From Candidatus Cloacimonadales bacterium (GTDB lineage: Bacteria; Cloacimonadota; Cloacimonadia; Cloacimonadales; JAFGVF01), in assembly GCA_963677495.2 (NCBI GenBank), contig CAXXOU010000002.1, positions 256,001-320,000 of the forward strand: 64,000 nucleotides of DNA. The letters are read 5' to 3'. How positions within the stretch are numbered: the first letter of the stretch is position 1; the number at the start of each line of letters is the position of its first letter. The translations under genes were made by a program, and so were the position numbers. A model generated the notes under the pieces. It did not search any database. It saw only the letters and a program-made list of their open reading frames with translations, and was not told the origin of the DNA. Below are positions 48,082 through 57,738 of this stretch, in pieces.

Positions 48082-48217
48082 TGCCCTATCATAATAAGAG
48101 ATAAAAAACTATCAGTTTCTGCCCCAAAACATGTCACTCTCTTGTCAATTTCCCCCGGAGTTGCCCAAGAGACTCCCAAAAACCGATGTCCTGAGTCTAA
48201 GTAATTATGATAGAGCA
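48082..48217. mobile_element. MITE-like element, copy 2 (inverted relative to 12634-12777)
   Basis: IR TGCCCTATCATAAT / ATTATGATAGAGCA. Internal GCCCAAGAGACTCCC is the reverse complement of GGGAGTCTCTTGGGC in copy 1. Confidence 0.65.
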
Positions 48218-48350
48218 ATGAATGGGGAAAAGTATTGTTTAAACTCATTATTGAATGCTACACGAAAACATCTCGAAATAGAAATGATTGATTGACATGG
48301 AAAGGAAAGATTGTAGGAATGGTAAAATACGATTCCATAAAGGGGTATAA

Positions 48351-50147
48351 ATGACTGAATTACATAAACAGACATCGATAAATATACAAGAAAAAGCGAA
48401 TATGATTTGGAATATCGCTGATATTATCCAGGGAACTTTCAAACCACATCAATATGGATTAGTGATACTTCCCTTCACAGTTATAAAGAGATTAAATGAC
48501 ACACTTGCAACAACCAAAGAGAAGGTTTTAGAGACTTATGAAAAGGTGAAGCATTTAGAAGTTAGAGATGGATTTTTGGAGAAAGCTTCCGGGTACTCTT
48601 TCTATAACACGAGTAAGTTCACCTTTGAGAATCTGGTAAATGATTCTGAGAACATTGAAGATAACTTCAAAGCTTTTCTGGGTGGCTTCTCTGAGAATGT
48701 GCAGGATATAATTAAGAACTTCGATTTCATTGGAACACTTAAGAAGTTAGTGGGTTCTACTAAGCATGAGGACAAACTGTTCTATGTGATTCAGGAGTTT
48801 AATAAGCCCCAATCATATCTTGGGATTGATAAGATAACTACTGTGGATATGGGTTATGTGTTTGAGGAGCTTGTGCGTAAGTTCTCAGAGAGCTATGATG
48901 AAGATGCTGGGCAACACTTTACGAGTAGAGATATTATCTACACAATGACTGATCTACTCACAGCAGAGGAGGAAAACACTCTTATTGAAGAGGGTGTTGT
49001 TAAAACGGTTTATGATATGGCTATGGGAACGAGTCAGATGCTTACATGTATGGAGGAAAGGCTCACGCAACTGGATTCAGATGCAGAAGTTACATCTTTC
49101 GGACAGGAGATAAACCATGAGACCTATTCTATTGCTAAATCAGATGCGATAATCAAAGGGAGTTCGGCTCAGAATATGCGTCTGGGTGATACACTTGCCA
49201 ATGACCGGTTTGAAGGCTTTGAGTTTGATTACATTATCTCTAATCCACCCTTTGGAAGAGATTGGAAGTCAGCTAAGAAGTTGGTAGAAGCTGAACATAA
49301 GAAGGGCGAAGATGGCAGGTTTGCTCCCGGCTTACCAAAGATATCTGACGGACAGATGCTTTTCACAATGAATGGAATTAAGAAGCTGAAAGATACCGGA
49401 AAGATGGCAATTATCCATAATGGGTCTCCCCTCTTTACAGGAGATGCAGGCTCAGGACCTTCTGAGATTAGAAGGTATATAATTGAAAATGACTGGTTAG
49501 AAGCGATTGTGCAGTTACCCAATGATGTGTTCTACAATACCGGGATTAGTACCTATATCTGGATTATCTCTAAAGAGAAACCGACTCACAGAGTTGGGAA
49601 GATACAACTTATTGATGCTTCCAAGATGTTTGAGAAACGCAGGAAGTCGATTGGGAATAAAAGAGTTGATATTACAGTTGATTGCAGAGGTGCTATTGTT
49701 AAGGCTTTCGGTGACTTCATGGATAAGCTCTATGAATATGAGAACGGTAAACAAGTTGAGTCCCGTATCTTTGAGAATGAGGAGTTTGGCTATTACAAGA
49801 TTACAGTTGAGTCTCCCGAACTTGATGAGCAGGGCAATAAGGTCTTAAAGAAGGGAAAACCTGTTCCTGATAAGAAGAAGAAAGACACTGAGAATGTGCC
49901 GATGCAGAAAGATCGAGATGAGAGAACAGTTATTGATGAGTATTTCCAAAAAGAGGTTATCCCCTATAATCCTGATGCCTGGGTTGATTACAAGAAAACC
50001 AAGGTTGGCTATGAAATCCCCTTTACGCGTCACTTCTATAAGTATGTTGCTCCTGAACCTTCCGAGAAGATAGCTGAACGCATAAACGCTTTAGAGTCTG
50101 AACTTATGACATCCCTTAAATCTCTCTTCTCCGATGAGGAGGAATAA
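48351..50147 (+). CDS. hsdM: Type I R-M methyltransferase subunit
   Basis: IWNIAD, GQHFTSRD, YDMAMGT, GQEIN, NPPF (N6-adenine MTase), FYNTGI. Confidence 0.95.
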   Translation: MTELHKQTSINIQEKANMIWNIADIIQGTFKPHQYGLVILPFTVIKRLNDTLATTKEKVLETYEKVKHLEVRDGFLEKASGYSFYNTSKFTFENLVNDSENIEDNFKAFLGGFSENVQDIIKNFDFIGTLKKLVGSTKHEDKLFYVIQEFNKPQSYLGIDKITTVDMGYVFEELVRKFSESYDEDAGQHFTSRDIIYTMTDLLTAEEENTLIEEGVVKTVYDMAMGTSQMLTCMEERLTQLDSDAEVTSFGQEINHETYSIAKSDAIIKGSSAQNMRLGDTLANDRFEGFEFDYIISNPPFGRDWKSAKKLVEAEHKKGEDGRFAPGLPKISDGQMLFTMNGIKKLKDTGKMAIIHNGSPLFTGDAGSGPSEIRRYIIENDWLEAIVQLPNDVFYNTGISTYIWIISKEKPTHRVGKIQLIDASKMFEKRRKSIGNKRVDITVDCRGAIVKAFGDFMDKLYEYENGKQVESRIFENEEFGYYKITVESPELDEQGNKVLKKGKPVPDKKKKDTENVPMQKDRDERTVIDEYFQKEVIPYNPDAWVDYKKTKVGYEIPFTRHFYKYVAPEPSEKIAERINALESELMTSLKSLFSDEEE

Positions 50148-51391
50148 TGCCTCGTAAGATGAAAGATAGTGGGATTGAATGGATTGGAGAGATTCCGGAA
50201 GATTGGCGGTTAGTAAAATTTAAGAGGTTTGCTAAAAGTGGCATGGGGGCAACAATATTAAAAGAAAACCTACTACCAGATGATTCATCAGATGATAGAA
50301 TCCCAATTTACAGTGCAACCAATACTGATAAAGTATTTGGTTATATCTCAGATTCTGTAGTAAAACTAAAGAAGAATGACTTTGTTATTCCAGCAAGAGG
50401 AAACTCAATTGGATATATAACCTTAGTAAGGGATCAAATAGCTACATGTACACAAACAACAATATACAGTAAAATTAGTAATATTAACCATAAGTTTTTA
50501 TTCTACTGTGGGTATGGTCTTAAAGATTATTGGTTTGAGTTTGACCAAACAGCTATACCACAAATTACTGTGAAGCAGGTGGATAATAATTTTGTTCCTG
50601 TACCAGATAAAATTGAGCAAACCCGAATAGCCAACTACTTAGACCGAAAGGTGGCATTGATAGATTCGATAATTGAGAAGACAAAGCAGACAATTGAGGA
50701 GTATAAGGCATATAAACAGTCACTGATAACTGAGGTTGTTACCAAAGGACTCAATAAAGATGCCAAGATGAAGGACTCCGGAATTGAATGGATTGGGGAG
50801 ATTCCGGAGGATTGGGAAGTTGTTAACCCCAGAAGATTTTTTACTGTTAGAAGAGATAGAGCTAGTATAAATGATCAACAACTTACATCATCTCAGAAAT
50901 ATGGAATTGTTACTCAAAAAGAATTTATGGAAATTGAATCAAAAAGAGTTGTTGTTGTTCAAAAGAATTATGCAATACTTAAAAAAGTATTAAGAAATGA
51001 CTTTATAATAAGTATGAGAAGCTTTCAAGGGGGTCTTGAACTAAGTGGTAAAGAAGGTTCTATAAGTTCAGCCTATGTCGTAATAACTCCTAATGAAAAA
51101 ATCTTTAGTAAGTTTTATAAGTGGTTTTTCAAATCAGTCAAGTACATTGATGCATTACAAAGCACATCCAATCTTGTTAGAGATGGTCAAGCAATGCGAT
51201 TTTCTAACTTTACTCAGATACCAATTGTTTTGTTACCATTAGCTGTTCAAGCTTTCTTAAGTGAATACTTAGAAAATATAACATATAGAATAAATATAAT
51301 AATTCTAAAAAAACAACAACTAATCACAGAATTGGAAAACTACAAGAAGTCATTAATCTATGAAGTGGTAACTGGTAAGAAAGAGGTGTAG
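50147..51391 (+). CDS. hsdS: Type I R-M specificity subunit
   Basis: Two conserved MKDSGIEWIGEIPEDW repeats (50159, 50768), each followed by a variable TRD. EQTRIANYLD and SLI.EVVT helices. Confidence 0.95.
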   Translation: MPRKMKDSGIEWIGEIPEDWRLVKFKRFAKSGMGATILKENLLPDDSSDDRIPIYSATNTDKVFGYISDSVVKLKKNDFVIPARGNSIGYITLVRDQIATCTQTTIYSKISNINHKFLFYCGYGLKDYWFEFDQTAIPQITVKQVDNNFVPVPDKIEQTRIANYLDRKVALIDSIIEKTKQTIEEYKAYKQSLITEVVTKGLNKDAKMKDSGIEWIGEIPEDWEVVNPRRFFTVRRDRASINDQQLTSSQKYGIVTQKEFMEIESKRVVVVQKNYAILKKVLRNDFIISMRSFQGGLELSGKEGSISSAYVVITPNEKIFSKFYKWFFKSVKYIDALQSTSNLVRDGQAMRFSNFTQIPIVLLPLAVQAFLSEYLENITYRINIIILKKQQLITELENYKKSLIYEVVTGKKEV

Positions 51392-51394
51392 GAT

Positions 51395-54300
51395 ATGAGT
51401 ATTGAGCGGACTGAAAAGCGGTTTGAAGCGGATATAGAGGATTATCTATTAAATGAGGGCGGTTATAGAACAGCCAACAAAGATAATTATGATGCCGGAA
51501 AAGCAATTAATCTGACTGAGTTGATTGGCTTTATTAAAGATACCCAGCCGAAAATGTGGGAACGCTATGAGAAAACCTATGGTGATGAGGTTGAGAAGAA
51601 ACTCTTCAAACGCTTTAACGAAGAGGTAAATCATCATGGTCTCTTGCATGTTCTTAGAAACGGGATAAATGACAGAGGAGTTAAGTTCAAGCTTGCTTAC
51701 TTTAAACCGGAATCAGGTCTTAACCATAAGCTCATAGATAGATATAACCTAAACAGATTAAGCTTAACCAGACAGTTCTACTATTCAACCGAGAATAGGA
51801 ACAGCATTGATATGGTGCTCTCCCTAAACGGGATTCCTATTGTTGCTCTGGAACTAAAGAACCAGTTAACCGGGCAATCGGTAGAGAATGGTAAATCGCA
51901 ATACTGCTACGATAGAAACCCACGTGAGTTTTGTTTTAACTTCAATAAACGTATTCTTGTCTATTTTGCTGTTGACCTTTACAATGTAGAGATGACTACC
52001 CGATTACAGGGTAAAGATACCTATTCCCTCCCTTTCAATCAAGGCTCAAACGGTGCCGGGAATGTGGGTGGAGTCGGTAATCCCGAGAACCCAAACGGAT
52101 ATGCAACCTCCTATCTCTGGGAAAAGGTTCTGCATAAAGATGCCTTGATGAATATACTCCATAGGTTTATCCATCTCAGTAAAGAGAAGAAATCTACAAA
52201 ACTAATCTTCCCCCGCTATCACCAGCTTGATGTTGTTACAAAGCTTATTGCAGATGTAAAAGAAAACGGCTCAGGGCACAACTACCTTGTCCAACATAGT
52301 GCGGGGTCGGGTAAATCCAACTCCATTGCCTGGACTTGCTATAGACTCGCAAGCTTGCATGATGAGCATGACAATAATATCTTCACATCTGTTATTGTTG
52401 TAACTGATAGACGGGTATTGGATAGTCAGTTGCAGGAGACAATCTCAGCGTTTGACCATAAGTTTGGGCTTGTAGAAACGATTGGCGAGGGTAAAAGCTC
52501 CAAAGATCTGAGGGATGCCATAAACTCGGGGAAGAAGATAATTGTTACAACCCTACAGAAGTTCCCTGTAATCTATAAAGAGGTTGATGACAATACCGGC
52601 AAACGCTTTGCTATTATTGTTGATGAAGCTCATAGCTCTCAGACAGGTTCATCTGCCCAGAAACTAAAGACTGCTCTTGCTGATACTGAGGATGCTAGAA
52701 ATGAGTATGCCGAATTAATAGATGAAGATGAGATAGAAGATTTTGAAGATAAGATTGTGAAAGAGATGCTGAGTCATGGCAAACATAAGAACCTCTCCTT
52801 CTTTGCTTTTACGGCGACACCTAAACAGAAGACGCTGGAGATGTTTGGTGAGAAGATGAAAGACGGAACTTTCAGACCTTTCCATGTATATTCGATGAGG
52901 CAGGCGATAGAAGAGGGCTTTATCCTTGATGTACTGAAGAACTATATGACTTATGAGACTTGCTATAAAATAGCAAAGAACTCACCCGATAACCCTGAAC
53001 TGGAAGAGTCGCAAACCAGAAGAGCTATAAGAAGATTTGAATCCTTGCATGATTATAACCTGCAACAAAAGACTATGGTGATGGTTGAAAGCTTTAGAGA
53101 GAATACTGCGAACAAGATTATGGGTAAAGCGAAAGCAATGGTTGTTACTCCTTCACGCATGCACGCTGTTAGATACTATCAGCAGTTTGTGAACTATATT
53201 AAGCTCAAAGGCTATGAAATTGGAGTGCTTGTTGCATTTTCCGGTACAGTTGATGATAAAGGTGAAGAATATACGGAAGTTGGGCTTAATACAAAGGCAA
53301 ATGGTGAAAGGATTAGTGAGAAACAACTCCCCAATGCCTTTCATAGTGATAAATACCAAATATTGATTGTAGCGGATAAATATCAGACCGGTTTCGATGA
53401 ACCCCTGTTGCATACTATGTTTGTTGATAAACCTTTAAAAGGTGTGAAAGCAGTCCAAACGCTGTCTCGCTTGAATAGGATAGCTAAAGGTAAGAATGAT
53501 ACCTTTATTATGGACTTTGCAAACGAAGCTGAGGATATTAAGGCTTCCTTCCAACCCTACTTTGAAGAAACACTGCTTGATGAAGAGATTAATGTGAACC
53601 TTATCTATGATACCCGTACTAATCTGCATGCTATGATGCTGTATAACGAATCTGATATTGAAACATTTAACAAGATATATTATAAATCAGGGAAACAATC
53701 ACCAACTGATTTGGGAAAGATAACAAGTAGGTTTAAACCAATTATTGAATCCTACAACAGATTAGACGATGATAATAGGTTCAAGTTCAAGAAAGGTGTG
53801 CGAAACTTTGTTAAATGGTATGCCTATATCATCCAAATCGTGCGGATGTTTGATAAAGAACTGCATAGAGAGTATAACTTCCTTACTTATTTGAATAAGC
53901 TTTTGCCGAATGATGTGCGTGAAGGTGTGCATATAGATGATAAGATTAAGTTGGAATACTATAAACTTGATAAGACCTACGAGGGTGATATTGTGCTTGA
54001 GCAAGCATCGTACGACAAGACATTGGTGAATCCGAAGACAGTTGATGCCGGTCAGAAACAAGACCCTAAAAGTGAGTTGTTAGATGTAATAATTGATCAG
54101 GTTAATCAACGCTTTAGTGGAAAGTTTAGTGAAGCTGACAGAGTGATAGTTGAGACATTATTGGGTAAAGTTGTGTTTGGCAATGAGAAGCTGAGAAAGA
54201 AATGGAAGAAACAAGCTAAAAACAATAACGCTGAGATCTTCCAGGATAGTATCTTTCCCAAGATATTCAAAGATATTGCAAATGATTGCTATGTTGAACA

Positions 54301-54400
54301 GACAAATGCTTTCACAAAACTCTTTGAGAACAAAGAGTTTTATGATATTGTAATGGCTGAGATTGGGAGAGAGGTATATAGACAGTTGAGGAATGATTAA
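51395..54400 (+). CDS. hsdR: Type I R-M restriction subunit
   Basis: IDMVLSLNGIPIVALELKN nuclease motif, QHSAGSGKS Walker A, DEAH, FTATP, QTGFDEP, QTLSRLNR. Confidence 0.96.
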   Translation: MSIERTEKRFEADIEDYLLNEGGYRTANKDNYDAGKAINLTELIGFIKDTQPKMWERYEKTYGDEVEKKLFKRFNEEVNHHGLLHVLRNGINDRGVKFKLAYFKPESGLNHKLIDRYNLNRLSLTRQFYYSTENRNSIDMVLSLNGIPIVALELKNQLTGQSVENGKSQYCYDRNPREFCFNFNKRILVYFAVDLYNVEMTTRLQGKDTYSLPFNQGSNGAGNVGGVGNPENPNGYATSYLWEKVLHKDALMNILHRFIHLSKEKKSTKLIFPRYHQLDVVTKLIADVKENGSGHNYLVQHSAGSGKSNSIAWTCYRLASLHDEHDNNIFTSVIVVTDRRVLDSQLQETISAFDHKFGLVETIGEGKSSKDLRDAINSGKKIIVTTLQKFPVIYKEVDDNTGKRFAIIVDEAHSSQTGSSAQKLKTALADTEDARNEYAELIDEDEIEDFEDKIVKEMLSHGKHKNLSFFAFTATPKQKTLEMFGEKMKDGTFRPFHVYSMRQAIEEGFILDVLKNYMTYETCYKIAKNSPDNPELEESQTRRAIRRFESLHDYNLQQKTMVMVESFRENTANKIMGKAKAMVVTPSRMHAVRYYQQFVNYIKLKGYEIGVLVAFSGTVDDKGEEYTEVGLNTKANGERISEKQLPNAFHSDKYQILIVADKYQTGFDEPLLHTMFVDKPLKGVKAVQTLSRLNRIAKGKNDTFIMDFANEAEDIKASFQPYFEETLLDEEINVNLIYDTRTNLHAMMLYNESDIETFNKIYYKSGKQSPTDLGKITSRFKPIIESYNRLDDDNRFKFKKGVRNFVKWYAYIIQIVRMFDKELHREYNFLTYLNKLLPNDVREGVHIDDKIKLEYYKLDKTYEGDIVLEQASYDKTLVNPKTVDAGQKQDPKSELLDVIIDQVNQRFSGKFSEADRVIVETLLGKVVFGNEKLRKKWKKQAKNNNAEIFQDSIFPKIFKDIANDCYVEQTNAFTKLFENKEFYDIVMAEIGREVYRQLRND

Positions 54401-54437
54401 GTATTTACAAACTTAACTTTACGCTTATTGGAGGATT

Positions 54438-55301
54438 ATGAACACTTTTGATTTCAACAATACAACAACAGATTACAGTGGTTATCTTGATTTCATCAAT
54501 CTATATCACCTTCATTCTAAAAAAACAGATACACTCAATTCATTAGATATATATAATTGGTTTGATGCAAATTTATGCTCACCATTGGGAGCCATTCTTG
54601 ATTTATTGCAGAGTCAAGATGTTGATATGGAGTTTAACCAGATTGAAAGTGGTGCAATGCGGATAATGCAAAAGAATGACTTTCTTTCGTATTATGGTTA
54701 TACAAGAAGGTATGATGAATTTGGCACTACTATTCGATATAGAAAATTCAAGCCAAATGATAACAAACTGTTTGCTAATTATGTAAAAGAAAATCTTTTA
54801 GAACATCCTGAAATGCCAAATATATCTATAGAATTAAAAATGAAGTTTATGGAGATTCTGACTGAACTATTCGAAAATGCACGAATGCATAGTGAAACTA
54901 AATCTGTTTATGCTTGTGGTCAGTTCTTTCCTAAAAAGCATGAAATCAAGTTCTCTTTGACTGATTCAGGGGTTGGATTTAGAAACAGAATCAACAGTAC
55001 TTTCCAAACAAGTCTAAAAGCTATCGATGCAATCGAATGGGCTTTAGTGGAAAGTCATTCAACTAAACAGAACACATCCGGTGGATTAGGATTGAGCATT
55101 TTAAAAGAATTTATTTGCCTAAATAGTGGACTGATTCAAATTGTCAGTGATAATGGATTTTATTCGATGAGTAAAGATGGTGTTTCAAGTAAAGAATACG
55201 GTAACCCCTTTCCGGGAACAATGATAAATCTGACTTTCCGGACTGATGACACAAACTCTTATTCTCTTGCTAACAAAGAAGAATTAGGTGACCTATTTTA
55301 G
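54438..55301 (+). CDS. GHKL/HATPase protein lacking an H-box (anti-sigma Ser/Thr-kinase-like) with a possible N-terminal STAS-like domain
   Basis: N-box ELFENARMHS, G1 LTDSGVG, G2 STK...GGLGL, G3 PGTMINLTF. No TM or HisKA domain. Confidence 0.75.
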   Translation: MNTFDFNNTTTDYSGYLDFINLYHLHSKKTDTLNSLDIYNWFDANLCSPLGAILDLLQSQDVDMEFNQIESGAMRIMQKNDFLSYYGYTRRYDEFGTTIRYRKFKPNDNKLFANYVKENLLEHPEMPNISIELKMKFMEILTELFENARMHSETKSVYACGQFFPKKHEIKFSLTDSGVGFRNRINSTFQTSLKAIDAIEWALVESHSTKQNTSGGLGLSILKEFICLNSGLIQIVSDNGFYSMSKDGVSSKEYGNPFPGTMINLTFRTDDTNSYSLANKEELGDLF

Positions 55302-55311
55302 GAGAAGATTG

Positions 55312-55659
55312 ATGAAAGACTTAAGAATCGAAATAATCAATATTGTTGGTAGTGAATACTGCATTGAAGCAGAAGATGGACAGTTAGTATATGAACAGAT
55401 TAGAAAAGCTATTGATAATGGTAATAAAATAATCCTATCTTTCAACAATGTTGAGATTTTAACTACCTCATTCCTCAATACAGCTGTAGGACAACTTTAT
55501 AAAGAGTATAAAGATGAACAAGTTAAAGAGATTATGTCCGTAGAGAACATGTCCCCATCTGATCAGGCAAAACTAAAAAGAGTAAATGATACCGCTAAGC
55601 TATACTATAAAGATCCTGATAGACTAAAGAGAAGCCTTGATGCTGTAATGGAAGATTGA
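55312..55659 (+). CDS. STAS-like (DUF4325-type) protein
   Basis: EDGQLVYEQI, IILSFNNVEILTTSFLNTAVGQL (STAS phospho-loop-like). ATG after GGAG. Confidence 0.78.
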   Translation: MKDLRIEIINIVGSEYCIEAEDGQLVYEQIRKAIDNGNKIILSFNNVEILTTSFLNTAVGQLYKEYKDEQVKEIMSVENMSPSDQAKLKRVNDTAKLYYKDPDRLKRSLDAVMED

Positions 55660-55660
55660 T

Positions 55661-56206
55661 ATGAAAAGGTACTCCTTAAAAGATGTAGATAGTGTAAAAG
55701 ATAGGAGAATCTTTTTTGATACTAATATCCTTATCTTTCTTTTTGGTACACATACTCAAGATAGATATAGACAAAACCTATATGCTAAACTCTACAAGAT
55801 GTTATTGAGTCCTAAGAGCTTATTCTACGTCGACTTTATAGTTGTTTCAGAATTTATTAACAGACTAAGCCGTGTAGAATATGAGAATTATTTAAATTTC
55901 CATAATTTGCAGAGAAGTGAATTCTCATATAAAAAATATAGAAATACAGATGAAGGTACTACAACCATCAAAGGAATCTATTCAACTGCAATAGATGATA
56001 TTTTAAATAAATTCCTAATTACTGGAAAGCAATTTATAAGAAAAGATCTTGAAAGTTTCCTACAAATTAATGACTTAGATTTTTCCGATAAAGCAATTGA
56101 ACTGGTTTGTAAAGAGAATAACTTTGTGTTATTCACTGATGATAGAGACTTTGCTGATTCAGATATAGATATCCTAAGTGCCAATGGAAGCATCGTTGAA
56201 CAATAG
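55661..56206 (+). CDS. PIN-domain ribonuclease
   Basis: IFFDTNILI, VVSEFIN, DFSDKAI, LFTDDRDF: the acidic PIN active-site residues are present. Confidence 0.85.
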   Translation: MKRYSLKDVDSVKDRRIFFDTNILIFLFGTHTQDRYRQNLYAKLYKMLLSPKSLFYVDFIVVSEFINRLSRVEYENYLNFHNLQRSEFSYKKYRNTDEGTTTIKGIYSTAIDDILNKFLITGKQFIRKDLESFLQINDLDFSDKAIELVCKENNFVLFTDDRDFADSDIDILSANGSIVEQ

Positions 56207-56223
56207 AATATTAATAACTCTCT

Positions 56224-56250
56224 AGGTCGTTTCAAGCGACCTTTCCTTAT
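56224..56250 (+). terminator. Probable terminator closing the R-M/PIN operon
   Basis: AGGTCGTT-TCA-AGCGACCT then TTCCTT. Confidence 0.5.
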
Positions 56251-56536
56251 CTCTCACAAAATCTAAACAATTTTTACCCCTCACTAGCTCTTCTCAAAAC
56301 AGGTATTCAGTCCCTCTAATGGAAAACACAAGTGAGGAAAGGTTCAGAAAATACCTTAAATTCCCAAAAAGCGTGAGCTACAACTAATAGAGGTATAAAT
56401 AATAATTACCAATTATGAATTAGGAATTTACTTGCAGTTTGCAAGACTCGTGGTATCAATGGTTTTTAGGAAGGAAATTTATTTACAATTTCTTTAATAA
56501 TTGAAAGTTGGCATCATATTTGAGCTGGAGGAAAAG

Positions 56537-56893
56537 ATGCTTAGAACAATGCTTTACGCGAAGATACATAGAGCGACTATTACAGAGACCGACCTTGATT
56601 ATGTCGGTAGTATAACTATTGATAAAGATTTGTTAGATGAAACCGGAATCTTACCTAATGAGAAGGTTGAAATCTATGATATAGACAATGGTAACCGTTT
56701 TGCAACCTACGTGATTGAAGGTGAAGCCGGTAGTGGTATTATCGGTGTAAATGGTGCAGCTGCACGTCTTGTCCGTCGTGGTGATAAGGTTATAATTGTG
56801 AACTTTGTTGAACTTCACACTGATGAACTTGAAGGACATAAGCCAAACGTTGTTATTGTTGACGATGAGAACAAAGTAATCGACCGCAAATAG
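56537..56893 (+). CDS. panD: Aspartate 1-decarboxylase
   Basis: MLRTMLYAKIHRAT, YVGSITID self-cleavage site, NGNRFATY, NGAAAR. ATG after GGAGG. Confidence 0.97.
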   Translation: MLRTMLYAKIHRATITETDLDYVGSITIDKDLLDETGILPNEKVEIYDIDNGNRFATYVIEGEAGSGIIGVNGAAARLVRRGDKVIIVNFVELHTDELEGHKPNVVIVDDENKVIDRK

Positions 56894-56900
56894 AGAGATT

Positions 56901-57737
56901 ATGGAAGTTATCAAGACAGTTGAAGAGATGCAAAATCTCACTCGTAAAGCTATGTGGAATCGTAAGGTTGGTTTTGTACCAACAATGGGCGCATTGCATA
57001 AAGGGCATATTAGTTTAGCTGAGCAAGCCAAGAAGGAATGTTCATTAGTTGTAATGAGTATTTATGTGAATCCAAGTCAGTTTGGCCCAAATGAAGATCT
57101 TGATAACTACCCTAGAACCTTGGATGCAGACCTTCAGAAAGCTAACGATGCCGGTGTTGATATTGTTTTTCTGCCAACTGACAAGGAGATTTATCCAGAG
57201 GGATATAGCAGTTGGGTGAATGTTGATGGACTTACAAATGTTCTTTGCGGGGCATCTCGACCCGGTCACTTTAGAGGAGTAACTACAATTGTTGCGAAAC
57301 TGATGAACATTGTTAAACCCAACTTCATGTATATGGGAGAGAAGGATTATCAACAGATAGCAGTGTTGAACAAGATGATTATAGACCTAAATTTTTCTAC
57401 TATCATTCGATCTTGCCCAATTATCAGAGAATCGGATGGACTTGCAATGAGTTCTAGAAATAAATATCTCTCTAAGCTTGAAAGAGAAAATGCTTTATGC
57501 TTAAGCAATGCAATTAAACAAGCAAAATTGCTATATAAATCAGGTGAAACTGACGTTGCTAAACTTAGATTTGAAATGGAATCGATAGTAAAAAATGCAG
57601 ATGGGAAGATAGATTATATTGAATTTGTTGACAAAGAAACTTTACAGTCTAAAGTTGAGGTTGATGACAATACAAGAGTTATAATGGCAGTTTACATTGG
57701 CTCTACAAGATTAATTGATAATTCAGACTTGAGGTAA
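56901..57737 (+). CDS. panC: Pantoate-beta-alanine ligase
   Basis: GFVPTMGALHKGH, VNPSQFGPNEDLDNYPR, SRPGHFRGV, GEKDYQQ, GLAMSSRN, RLIDN. Confidence 0.97.
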   Translation: MEVIKTVEEMQNLTRKAMWNRKVGFVPTMGALHKGHISLAEQAKKECSLVVMSIYVNPSQFGPNEDLDNYPRTLDADLQKANDAGVDIVFLPTDKEIYPEGYSSWVNVDGLTNVLCGASRPGHFRGVTTIVAKLMNIVKPNFMYMGEKDYQQIAVLNKMIIDLNFSTIIRSCPIIRESDGLAMSSRNKYLSKLERENALCLSNAIKQAKLLYKSGETDVAKLRFEMESIVKNADGKIDYIEFVDKETLQSKVEVDDNTRVIMAVYIGSTRLIDNSDLR

Positions 57738-57738
57738 T

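Noticed and set aside
47657..48442. Short minus-strand ORFs left of hsdM
   Set aside because: They run across palindromic repeats and the MITE-like element and show no protein-like features.
50147..51391. Phase-variable hsdS shufflon
   Set aside because: Single hsdS whose internal repeats are the normal direct conserved regions. No silent TRDs or recombinase nearby.
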